The translations under genes were made by a program, and so were the position numbers. 24,000 nucleotides of DNA, taken from Sulfodiicoccus acidiphilus (GTDB lineage Archaea > Thermoproteota > Thermoprotei_A > Sulfolobales > Sulfolobaceae). Numbering within the stretch: position 1 is the first letter of the stretch; the number at the start of each line of letters is the position of its first letter. The notes below the pieces were generated by a model that was not told the DNA's origin, did no database searches, and saw only the letters and a list, made by a program, of their open reading frames with translations. The stretch covers positions 1,513,982 to 1,537,981 of the forward strand of contig NZ_AP018553.1 in assembly GCF_003967175.1 (NCBI RefSeq), in the 5' to 3' direction. This document shows, piece by piece, positions 1 to 7,903 of this stretch.

Positions 1-326
1 GGTCTCAAGGTAACTTAGGAAGGAAGTTAGAGAACTTAATTTTCCTCGAGTTAATCAGGAGGTCTTGGGAGGTTGACTATTACCTCCTGAAGGATGGGAG
101 AGAAGTGGATTTCGTAGCAAGGAAAGAAGGAAAAAAGTTGTTGGTAGAAGTTACCCTGAATACTGATACAGAACATGTGGATAAGGTAAGGAGAGCGATG
201 CTAGAGACTGGCATAAGAGAGGCCCACATTGTTTCATTGGAGGGAGAGACCAAAATCCTGGGTGATGGAATGAAAGAGGTCCAACTTCTGGACTGGATAT
301 CGGGATCTGGTCTTCAGGATCGGTAG
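1..326 (+). CDS. C-terminal part of a DUF4143-type AAA+ ATPase; the 5' end lies outside the window
   Basis: The frame of ORF 105-326 stays open back to nt 3 (SQGNLGRKLENLIFLELIRRSWEVDYYLLKDGREVDFVARKEGKK...). The ENLIFLEL...EVDYY...GREVDFV pattern is typical of the DUF4143 C-terminal domain of archaeal/bacterial ATPases. Recognised by eye only. Confidence 0.6.
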   Translation, partial: SQGNLGRKLENLIFLELIRRSWEVDYYLLKDGREVDFVARKEGKKLLVEVTLNTDTEHVDKVRRAMLETGIREAHIVSLEGETKILGDGMKEVQLLDWISGSGLQDR

Positions 327-394
327 ATCCAACTCCTTTCAGGGTAACATGAAATCGTATCGACCTGTTTTAGCCGAGGCGATGTCTCAGTAAC

Positions 395-771
395 GTTTTC
401 AGAAGGTTCCAGGTTTACTCCGAGGAGGGTTTGAGGGGAACGAGGATCCCTCACGTCATGACAAACAGTCCACTATAGTTAACTTAACGGAGGTTGAGGG
501 GACGGAAGTCCCCTTCCGTGGGGACGGACAGCCCCCTTATGTAAACCTCTTTACGGTTGTCAAAATACTATTTCTACGACCTCTACTGTGAGAGCTGGGT
601 CGCAACCTCTGGACTGGGGGAACTCACGCCCGTGGAGAGGAAACCCTCCGCGATCCCTACCACGCTGTTCACAGAAAGGTTCCACTGAACCTCCGCTACG
701 TAAGGAGATCGAGGTCCCTCCGGGAAGCAGGAAATCCCCACCGGGAGATGCCCCGTCCGCGAGGGCGGGGT
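395..771 (+). repeat. Copy R1 of a GC-rich hairpin-rich repeat family, interpreted as a relic of a TnpB 3' end / omega-RNA-like region
   Basis: Motif blocks are collinear with 20700-21060 and 23490-23740: TTTTCAG (396-402), GGTTTACTCCGAGGAGG (412-428), GGAAGTCCCCTTCCGTGGGG (504-523), ATGTAAACC (539-547), GGAGAGGAAACCCTCCGCG (634-652). Strong hairpins include CCCCGTCC-GCGA-GGGCGGGG near 751-770. The copy ends exactly where Arch_ATPase homology begins (774). Confidence 0.4.
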
Positions 772-773
772 AG

Positions 774-1809
774 TTCACTGCGATAGACGAAGCTCAGAAC
801 TTGAGAGGTAGGCTGAACGACGAGGTACTCTCGCTCATGGCCCATTGTTAAGATCGTTGTGAAAACGTAACCTTCGTTTTGACTGGGTCGGAGATAGGAC
901 TACCGTACGATTTTCTAAAGGTGGAGGACCCCTCTTCCCCCCTTTACTGGAGGCACCTTGAAGAAGTGAGGGTAGATAGATTTGATCCGGAGAAATCATT
1001 GGACTTCTTAAGAAGGGGTTCCAACAGGTAAACGTGGCCGCTCCCATGGAGTCTTGGAGTACACTACACAGAAACTTGACGGAATAATCGGGTGGTTGAC
1101 CGAGTTCGGGCACAGGTGTTTAAGGGCAAAGGAGGTCAAGGAGTCTATCGGAGATGATGTTTTGGAGTCGGCAATGAAAACCACAGTCGAGGAGTTCAGC
1201 CACTTTTCTAGGGAGTACATTATACTGACTTCCTCCCCGCCCTGGAAGGGCGATGGTTCCCTCTCAGAGGGATCGTCGTTCCCACCATCGGTTCGGGTTT
1301 ACATCCCTCGTTTGGTGGGCAGTCGAGTGGATCAGAGATCCACTCCCATTTGAAGAGGAGGGGACTTTCATCGCAAAGCTCTAGTCCCTTAAGGGAGAAG
1401 AGAGACGATGGTTGCTCCTCCCACAGTCCCGTTAAGCCCTCGATCGAGCTGGGGAGGAGCGTCGTTAGTACCACTAAGAGAAATTTTAACAAAGAAGTAT
1501 AAATACAAGGGGGCTGTTCACCCCCGTGAAAGGCGAGGCTTTACGCCCCCTCAACCCCCGAATTTTGTAATTGAGGCCACCGCGAGGGGACGCAATAAAT
1601 GGAACGAGATAAAGAGATATTTTGAGAATAAAAAGAAAAGAGCTGTGTATGATGCTGAACTTAGGAGATATTTGATGAACCTTGAGAAAAAGGGATATAT
1701 CGTAAAGAGCGAGAGAGGAAAGTACGACTTAACCGACCCCGCGATCAAAAGCACCTTCAACCGACTTACCAGCGTCAACACTTTGTCACAATCCACAATT
1801 TGTATGTAG
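774..1809 (+). pseudogene. Arch_ATPase (PF01637-like archaeal AAA ATPase with C-terminal winged helix) pseudogene, lacking the N-terminal Walker A part
   Basis: Conceptual translation from frame 0 at 774 gives FTAIDEAQNLRGRLNDEVLSLMAHC*DRCENVTFVLTGSEIGLPYDFLKVEDPSSPLYWRHLEEVRVDRFDPEKSLDFLRRG. This carries the Walker B DEAQ, LTGS and PLYGR-like motifs, with an in-frame TAA at 849-851. A frame change near 1012-1020 leads into LEYTTQKLDGIIGWLTEFG (ORF 1054-1353). An unrelated stretch of about 330 nt follows, then the C-terminal wHTH KWNEIKRYFENKKKRAVYDAELRRYLMNLEKKGYIVKSERGKYDLTDP (ORF 1408-1809). Confidence 0.7.
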
Positions 1810-2199
1810 CTGCAGCAAAACAGTTGAACGTGTTGACGAGTCTGACGTAGCTTGAAAATTTCCCCTCCTGGAACAACGGAAGTAGACCTTTCCCTCAGCG
1901 GATATCTAGGGTCTCCGGAGGGTGGCGGGGTTAATGTTCGGGCGCGATGAAGCTACGCTCCAAGGGCGTGGAGACCTTCTCCCTTCACGAAGTTAGCTCA
2001 AGGTCCTGCAGACGGCTTAGGTTCTAGGGGAAACCTCACACTCAAGAGATCGAGGAGTTCTAAAGGGAGGCCCTGAAGCTGTCCATGAGACCAAGGTAAA
2101 GCACAGAGGGACATGGTTGAAGTTACGAGCGCGAAGTCTAGTACGAGGTGGGTTTCTACGAGACCTACATTGCATCAAGGGGTCAGGAAATAGACCGAT

Positions 2200-2300
2200 G
2201 GGTGACCATGAGAATCGGTGAGCCGGAGGGTGTTGTCCTCTCAGACGTCCAGGGAGGTCAGGTCCTCCCTCCCCTCAACTCGCTAGGAGGAAGGTGAGGA
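2200..2300 (+). repeat. Possible fourth, short relic (R4) of the omega-RNA-like repeat family
   Basis: Hairpin AGGGAGG-TCAGGT-CCTCCCT (2251-2270) is followed by CCCCTCAACTCGCTAGGAGGAAGGTGAGG. This resembles the terminal block CCCTCCCAGGGCGGGGAGGAGGTCAGG of R3 (23707-23733). The similarity is weak and short. Confidence 0.2.
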
Positions 2301-2505
2301 GGAACGTGCTACGTTGATACTCGAGATCGGTGACCGACGACAGGGAGTAGGTCACTGGGCTAGCACAGTACCTCGGTGGTGATCCATCGAGTTCCCTATG
2401 TAGGGTGAGTAGGCTTGGAACTCATACGGCAGGCTCGCCCGAGGGCCGGTGGGCAGTTTAAAGTTCAGATTCAATGGCGACGCTGGCTGGACTCGAGTTG
2501 GTAGC

Positions 2506-2530
2506 ATAATGAAAAACTTAAAAAATAATA
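2506..2530 (+). promoter_or_regulatory. AT-rich TATA-like promoter island upstream of the solute-binding protein gene
   Basis: CATAATGAAAAACTTAAAAAATAATA sits about 30 nt upstream of the GTG start at 2559 in otherwise GC-rich sequence. This is consistent with a leaderless or short-leader archaeal promoter. Confidence 0.35.
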
Positions 2531-2558
2531 GTGTGGTAGACAGTGGCTCGGTGAGAAT

Positions 2559-4124
2559 GTGAGGAGAAAGGCGATATCCAGGACAGCCACCTGGGCCATA
2601 GTGGCCGTCGTAGTGATAGTAGCCATATTAGGCGGAGTGTTCGGCTACCTGGTCAGTACACCTCACGTCACTACCCCCACGACGCCCACCACGGTCACAA
2701 CTAACACCTCCTCCCAGGTGGTGTTCTATACCTGGTGGGCCACCACCGGTAAGGTAGCGCTGGATCATCTCATACCAGCCTTCGAACGGGCTTATCCTTC
2801 CTACACAGTGATCAAGTCGCTAGTCCCTGGTGCTGGAGGAACCAACGCCAAGTACGCTATACTTGCCCTCATAGAGGCGGGAAAGCCTCCGGCGCTTTTC
2901 CAGAGCCTCGTGGGTGCGAACATGTTAAGTTACGTCGAGGTGGCCCCCCAGGGGATATCAGACTTCGTGAACCTGACCTCCTTGGCCGAGCACGAGGGGC
3001 TCCTGGAGAGCTCAGTCCTACCGGTCATGGAGGCTGCCGCCTACAACGGAACCATGCTCAATTTACCGGTCAGCGTCCACAGCGGTTTCGTACTTTACTA
3101 CAACTTGAAGCTGCTGAGGGAGTACGGCTTACCCATCCCTGAGAACTTAAGTGAGCTCACTTACGACACCATGCAGCTTGTGGAGCACGGTGTCACTCCC
3201 TGGATGGTTCCTGGAGCCGACGGCGGATACGACCAGGAGCAGTTGTGGTTCGCTATATTCCTCAGCCTAGGTGGGCCGAGGCTCATGGATCAGCTACTTT
3301 ACGGTACTCTGTCCCTCCAGAACTCCACAGTGCAGAAAGTGTTCAACGAGACGAACGAGCTCTTCCTCAACTACACCTCCTACAACTATCCCGGGTGGCA
3401 GTCCATGACTTGGACGCAGGGGATCACCGCCGTGGACCAGGGAAAGGCCGCCTTCGAGGTTGACGTGGACTCAGCCACCAACTATCTGTACGACTTCCTC
3501 AACGTGACTACCTATCCCCCAGAGCAGCCTTACCTTAGCTGGAGCAACGTAACTATGGTGGCTCAACCCTTCCCAGGGACTCAGAGTTACTTCCCGATAG
3601 TCTCAGACGCCGTTGCAGTGCCTGTAAGTTCCCACGAGGCCGCCGCCCTCACCTTCGTGAAGTACTGGACCTCCTACTCCGGACAGCAGGTGTGGACCAA
3701 GTGGAAGGCTGTCACTTACTACAGGAACGGCAGCGACTGGTACAACACTCCGCAACAGTACTACATGTACCAAAGGCTCTTGAACACTTCTCCCAACGAC
3801 TTCGTAATAGACCCCCTTTCACTCTTCGCAGACGTTGACGCCCAGCTCTATTCTGGACTGCTCACGCTGCAGCAGGCTGGGCCAGCAGCATTGGCAGTCT
3901 GGGCCTCTACCTTCAACTCTTCCGTGCACGAAGAGTACCAGGAGTGGCAGGCGGCTGCTAAGCTTGGCCTCGGATTCCTGGGATTTCCAGGACACCCGTT
4001 CGGCGGATACTACCCACCGTGGGTTAACGCAAGAGACCCGAGCAGCACGTGGGGAGGTGACTTGGTCCTGGGGGCAGGCGGCCTTACGCTGGGGGCGATT
4101 GAAGTAGTCGGACCTAAACATTGA
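2559..4124 (+). CDS. ABC transporter extracellular solute-binding protein (sugar-binding type), membrane-anchored, with no adjacent transporter genes
   Basis: 521-aa ORF with a GTG start. The N-terminus is MRRKAISRTATWAIVAVVVIVAIL (charged head plus TM), followed by a Thr/Pro-rich linker TPTTPTTVTTNTSS. The SBP-type core VVFYTWWATTGKVALDHLIPAFERAYP follows, with many N-X-S/T sequons. No permease or ATPase gene is adjacent. Confidence 0.8.
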   Translation: MRRKAISRTATWAIVAVVVIVAILGGVFGYLVSTPHVTTPTTPTTVTTNTSSQVVFYTWWATTGKVALDHLIPAFERAYPSYTVIKSLVPGAGGTNAKYAILALIEAGKPPALFQSLVGANMLSYVEVAPQGISDFVNLTSLAEHEGLLESSVLPVMEAAAYNGTMLNLPVSVHSGFVLYYNLKLLREYGLPIPENLSELTYDTMQLVEHGVTPWMVPGADGGYDQEQLWFAIFLSLGGPRLMDQLLYGTLSLQNSTVQKVFNETNELFLNYTSYNYPGWQSMTWTQGITAVDQGKAAFEVDVDSATNYLYDFLNVTTYPPEQPYLSWSNVTMVAQPFPGTQSYFPIVSDAVAVPVSSHEAAALTFVKYWTSYSGQQVWTKWKAVTYYRNGSDWYNTPQQYYMYQRLLNTSPNDFVIDPLSLFADVDAQLYSGLLTLQQAGPAALAVWASTFNSSVHEEYQEWQAAAKLGLGFLGFPGHPFGGYYPPWVNARDPSSTWGGDLVLGAGGLTLGAIEVVGPKH

Positions 4125-4144
4125 AGAGTGAAGCCAAAAACTAC

Positions 4145-4153
4145 GATTTTTTC
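4145..4153 (+). terminator. Oligo-T termination signal downstream of the solute-binding protein gene
   Basis: A T6 run (4147-4152) lies about 20 nt after the stop at 4124. Archaeal RNAP terminates at oligo-T tracts. Confidence 0.35.
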
Positions 4154-4233
4154 CCGGAACTCGAGGATCTAGGACCGAAACTGTTTTAAATCAAGTGAAC
4201 CAAAAGTAAGGGGATACTGTGGGCCAGCCCCTT

Positions 4234-4273
4234 CCCGGTCCTACCACCTCCCCTCCCGGGAGGGAGGACCGGG
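4234..4273. repeat. Long GC-rich inverted repeat (hairpin) in the spacer before the aminopeptidase gene
   Basis: CCCGGTCCT (4234-4242) pairs with AGGACCGGG (4265-4273). An inner palindrome CCCTCCC/GGGAGGG occupies 4251-4264, and an 8-nt asymmetric bulge occupies 4243-4250. Confidence 0.6.
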
Positions 4274-4312
4274 TAACAATAACCTTAAAGCTCTTCCCGA
4301 CCTGATGGCCGC

Positions 4313-6646
4313 ATGGAGGTCAAAAGGTACGACATTTACATGGACGTAGACTTCAAGGGCCTCTCCTACGCGGGGAGGGTGAAGGCCGAGATGGTAGCTG
4401 ATAGGCTGGAACTGAACGTGGTTGACCTCTCGGTCAGGTCGGTTAAGGTCGACGGTAAGCAGGTCAAGTTCACCTACGACGGTAAGCTGATCAGGGCAGA
4501 CGTACCGGTCACCGACGAGGTGGAGGTCGAGTTCGCGGCGAAGGTGCCAGACGTTCTCATGGGCTTCTACAGGGCCTCTCAGGGCGAGTACCAGATGCTG
4601 TCCACCCAGTTCGAGGCCATAGGGGCGAGGCGCATGTTCCCCTGCGTGGATCACCCAGGCTACAAAGCCTCTTTCAGGCTCTCTGTCAAGGTCGACTCCG
4701 ACCTGGACGTTATATCAAACATGCCTCCAGAGAAGGTGGAGGAACAGGGGGAAAAGAAGGTCGTCCACTTCGCCGAGACGCCTAGGATGTCCACCTATCT
4801 GTTGTACCTCGGTATAGGGAAGTTCGACTACGTCCAGGACAAGCTCGGACAATTGCCCATTGCTGTAGTAACGCCACCTGGACAGGGGACGAGGGGGAAG
4901 TACGCCTTGGAGGTGGCCAAGGGTGCAGTATCCTTCTACGAGAACTACTTCGGCATACCATATCAGCTCCCGAAGCTCCACCTCATCACAGTTCCGGAGT
5001 TCGCAGCGGGCGCCATGGAGAACTGGGGAGCCATCACCTTCAGGGAGACTGCACTCCTCGTGGACGACGGGTCGAGTGAGGAAACTCGAAGGAGGGTAGC
5101 TGAGGTCATAGCACACGAGCTGGCCCACCAGTGGTTCGGGGACCTAGTTACAATGAAGTGGTGGGAGGACCTCTGGCTCAACGAGAGCTTCGCAACGTTC
5201 ATGGCATACAAGGCCGTCAGCTCAATGCACCCCGAGTGGAACATGTGGTGGGAGTTCGTGCTGAGCGAGACCGCTGGCGCCATGAGGAGGGATTCCCTCA
5301 AGGAGACGCACCCCATACACGTCCCTATAGCCAAAGAGGAGGAAATAGAGCAGATATTCGACGACATAAGCTACGGTAAGGGAGCGAGCGTCCTCAGGAT
5401 GATAGAGGCCTTCATGGGAGAGGAGGACTTCCGAAAGGGAGTCTCCCTCTACCTGAAGAGATACAGTTATGGCAACGCAACCGCGGAGATGCTGTGGGAG
5501 GCACTACAGGAGGCGTCTGGAAAGCCAATAGTGAAGGTAATGGGGACGTGGGTAAGCAAGGCAGGACATCCGGTCGTGAAGGCCGACCTTCAAGGCAGTA
5601 GGGTGAAGCTAGCTCAGAGGAAGTTCAGGTTCTTGGACCCGGAGGAGGATCAATGGCCCATTCCACTCACTTACGTCGCTGATGGGATGGAGGGTTCGAT
5701 CCTCGTAGAGGGGAAGGAACATGTGTTGGAACTCGGGAAGGAGGTCGGCAAGTTCAAGCTCAACAGGGGGCAGACTGGCTTCTATCGTTCAGACTACTCC
5801 GACTGGGACAAGGCACTTCAGGCTTCTAAGGACGCGTTGGATAGGTGGGGCGTGGCGTCGGATGCCTTCGCCAGGCTCATGTCGGGGAACTGGACGCTTC
5901 GGGAATACCTCGGTTTCGTCTCCAAGTTCAAGGAGGAGACCGAGTACCTGCCAGCGTGGGAGGTCTCCTCCCAGTTTTCCCTCCTCCACTCGGTTCTAGG
6001 TGAGTCTGTGAAGGAAGTGATGGTGGAGTTCCACAGGAGACAGCTCCAGTTGTGGGAGGGTAGGGGGGATTCCAACGCCAGGCTCTACAGGGGCATCCTG
6101 GCCAGGAGGCTGGCAGTGGTGGACGACTCCTACGGAACGAAGGTGGCCGCGTTGGCGGAGAGTTATTGGTCTGTGGAGCCTGAGATGAGGCAGGCCGTCC
6201 TCAATGGCCTGGCCCTTCATTCCACCAGGCCGTTCGGGAGATTGCTCCAACTCTACAGAGAGGCTAAGACGGACGAGGAGAGAACTAGAATATTGACGGC
6301 TATGCTGACCACCGACAAGCAGGTGGACCTCGCCTTAGCTCTGGGCTTCCTCCTGTCAGGTGAGGTAAAGAGACAGGACGCGGGGAGGCTCGTCCAAGTC
6401 GCTGCCGTCAATCCGTGGGGAAGAGACGTCACGTGGGAGTGGCTCAGAGCTAACTTCCCGGCCCTACGGAGACTCTACCACGCCACTGGAATACTTGGGA
6501 GGATAATGTCTGGTTCCTTGCCTTACCTTGGCCTCGGGAGGGTCGAGGAAGTGGAGAGGTGGGCCACCTCCCTGAACGTCCCAGAGGCCTCTGTAGGGAT
6601 AAGGGTGGGGCTGGAGTTGCTCAAGGTGTACCAGAGGCTGCTATGA
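4313..6646 (+). CDS. M1-family zinc aminopeptidase (tricorn-interacting factor F2/F3-like / leucyl aminopeptidase type)
   Basis: 777-aa ORF carrying the exopeptidase motif GAMENWG and the zinc motif [22 protein letters not shown] (HEXXH-X18-E). A TATA-like ATAACCTTAAAG lies about 25 nt upstream of the ATG. Confidence 0.9.
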   Translation: [777 protein letters not shown]

Positions 6647-7283
6647 CGGCTTTCTCCCTTTTTAACTCCCTCGAAACAACTACACGTCCCAAACGACTCA
6701 TGGTGAACTTTAAGTGGTTGGACGAGTCGCCGGATTTAGACTAGCCGTCCTCCCCAAATCCCCCTAGACGAGGACTCGAACTTCTACGGTTAGTAGGCGT
6801 GGCACAACTGTATGGTGTCACACTCTTCTTTACGTTCCCCGAGCGGATTGATTTCACCACAAGGTAGGACAGTAAGTCGAAAAAGGGCATGCGGGGATTT
6901 CACTTGCTCAATGGACTAGGTGAATAGATCACTAGGGAATACAATCCAACGACATCAAGCACTACTCCCAACTCCAAGGGCTAACGTCACGTCAAATTGA
7001 AACCCCAGAGATAGTGAATTGACGTTGAGGTGAAAACTCCAGAGTTTGAGGTCACGGAATTAAAGTACAAAACCTGGTTACGTACAAGCGACTCCACAAG
7101 TACTTCATAGGTTCCTAGGGCTGAGCTAACTTAGTCTCCAACTAGGAACCTCGCGAGAGACGAAGTATTACACAGAAATGGTGGAAGGACTGTGAAACGT
7201 CCCTGGTGGAACGAGTGAAGCCGTTGTCAACAGTTTTCAATATACCGTAAAGTTTATATTATTTCATCATAAACTCTTATACA

Positions 7284-7860
7284 ATGCTAAGACCTAAGGA
7301 AGTCTGCCAACGCCTAGGGATATCCTATGCGACACTTAGAGAATACGTTAAGAAGGGTTACATTAAACCAGTCTAGAGACTGGAAAGTGGAGGTTCAGGG
7401 AAGGGATGTTGAGAAGTTGATGGGAATTGTTAGAAAGAGGAAAGTGATCCTTTACGCTAGGGTATCATCAAACACACAAAAAGACGACTTGGTAAACCAG
7501 GTAAAATACTTGCAAGAGCAAGTAAAGGACTACGATCAAGTAATAACAGACGTTGGATCAGGACTAAACATGAAGAGGAAAGGATTCCTCAAGTTGTTGA
7601 GAATGATACTAAACAACGAAGTATCAAAAGTAATCATAGCTTATCCCGACAGACTAGTAAGATTTGGCTTTGAAATCCTTGAAGAAGTATGCAAAGCACA
7701 CAATTGTGAAATAGTAGTGTTGAACAACGAGGACGAAACACCAGAACAGGAACTAATCGAGGACTTGATCTCTATACTAGTATCGTTCGGCGGGAAGCTA
7801 TACGGAATGAGGAGTCATAAGTACGAGAAGGTGAAGGAGTGCGTCGAAGAGCTCAATTAA
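7284..7860 (+). pseudogene. tnpA: IS607-type serine recombinase transposase TnpA, frameshifted in the N-terminal HTH region
   Basis: ATG 7284 gives MLRPKEVCQRLGISYATLREYVKKGYIKPV, then TAG at 7374. Frame +2 continues LETGKWRFREG, and the ORF-track frame continues DVEKLMGIVRKRKVILYARVSSNTQKDDLVNQ (catalytic Ser motif YARVSS). Joining these needs two 1-nt deletions (about 7373, and in GGG at 7403-7405), or at minimum one frameshift. Confidence 0.8.
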
Positions 7861-7903
7861 ATCATTCCAACAAGAAGAAGAATACATTTACCTAACGTAC
7901 TCC

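Noticed and set aside
430-525. Two similar hairpin units (GGTTTGAGGGGAACGAGGATCCCTC and GGTTGAGGGGACGGAAGTCCCCTT) as a possible mini CRISPR-like array.
   Set aside because: There are only two imperfect copies, no regular repeat-spacer periodicity and no cas genes. Both units are part of repeat copy R1.
560-800. Possible RNase P RNA or SRP RNA. GAGAGGAAACCCTCC resembles CR-I, ACAGAAAGGTTCC could pair with it like P4, and CCGGGAAGCAGG resembles SRP helix 8.
   Set aside because: The two P4-like strands are only about 30 nt apart, leaving no room for the specificity domain. There is no long 5'/3' helix as in SRP RNA. The same motif blocks recur at 20955-20973 and 23701-23718 inside a dispersed repeat, so a repeat or IS relic is the better explanation.
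1054-1809. ORFs 1054-1353 and 1408-1809 as independent protein genes.
   Set aside because: Their recognisable parts are consecutive pieces of one Arch_ATPase-type protein. The N-terminal portions of both ORFs are out-of-frame read-through with low-complexity, non-protein-like sequence.
4241-5367. Minus-strand ORFs 4241-4654, 4715-5128 and 4963-5367 (134-137 aa).
   Set aside because: They are antisense shadow ORFs inside the well-supported M1 aminopeptidase gene, and their composition is Arg/Pro/Gly-rich and low-complexity.
6559-6744. ORF 6559-6744 (+, 61 aa).
   Set aside because: It overlaps the 3' end of the aminopeptidase gene in another frame and runs into the terminator region. Nothing supports it as a gene.
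6740-6800. A possible tRNA on the minus strand, suggested by a GTTCGAGTCC-like T-loop.
   Set aside because: There is no flanking T-stem, acceptor stem or anticodon arm, so a cloverleaf cannot be drawn.
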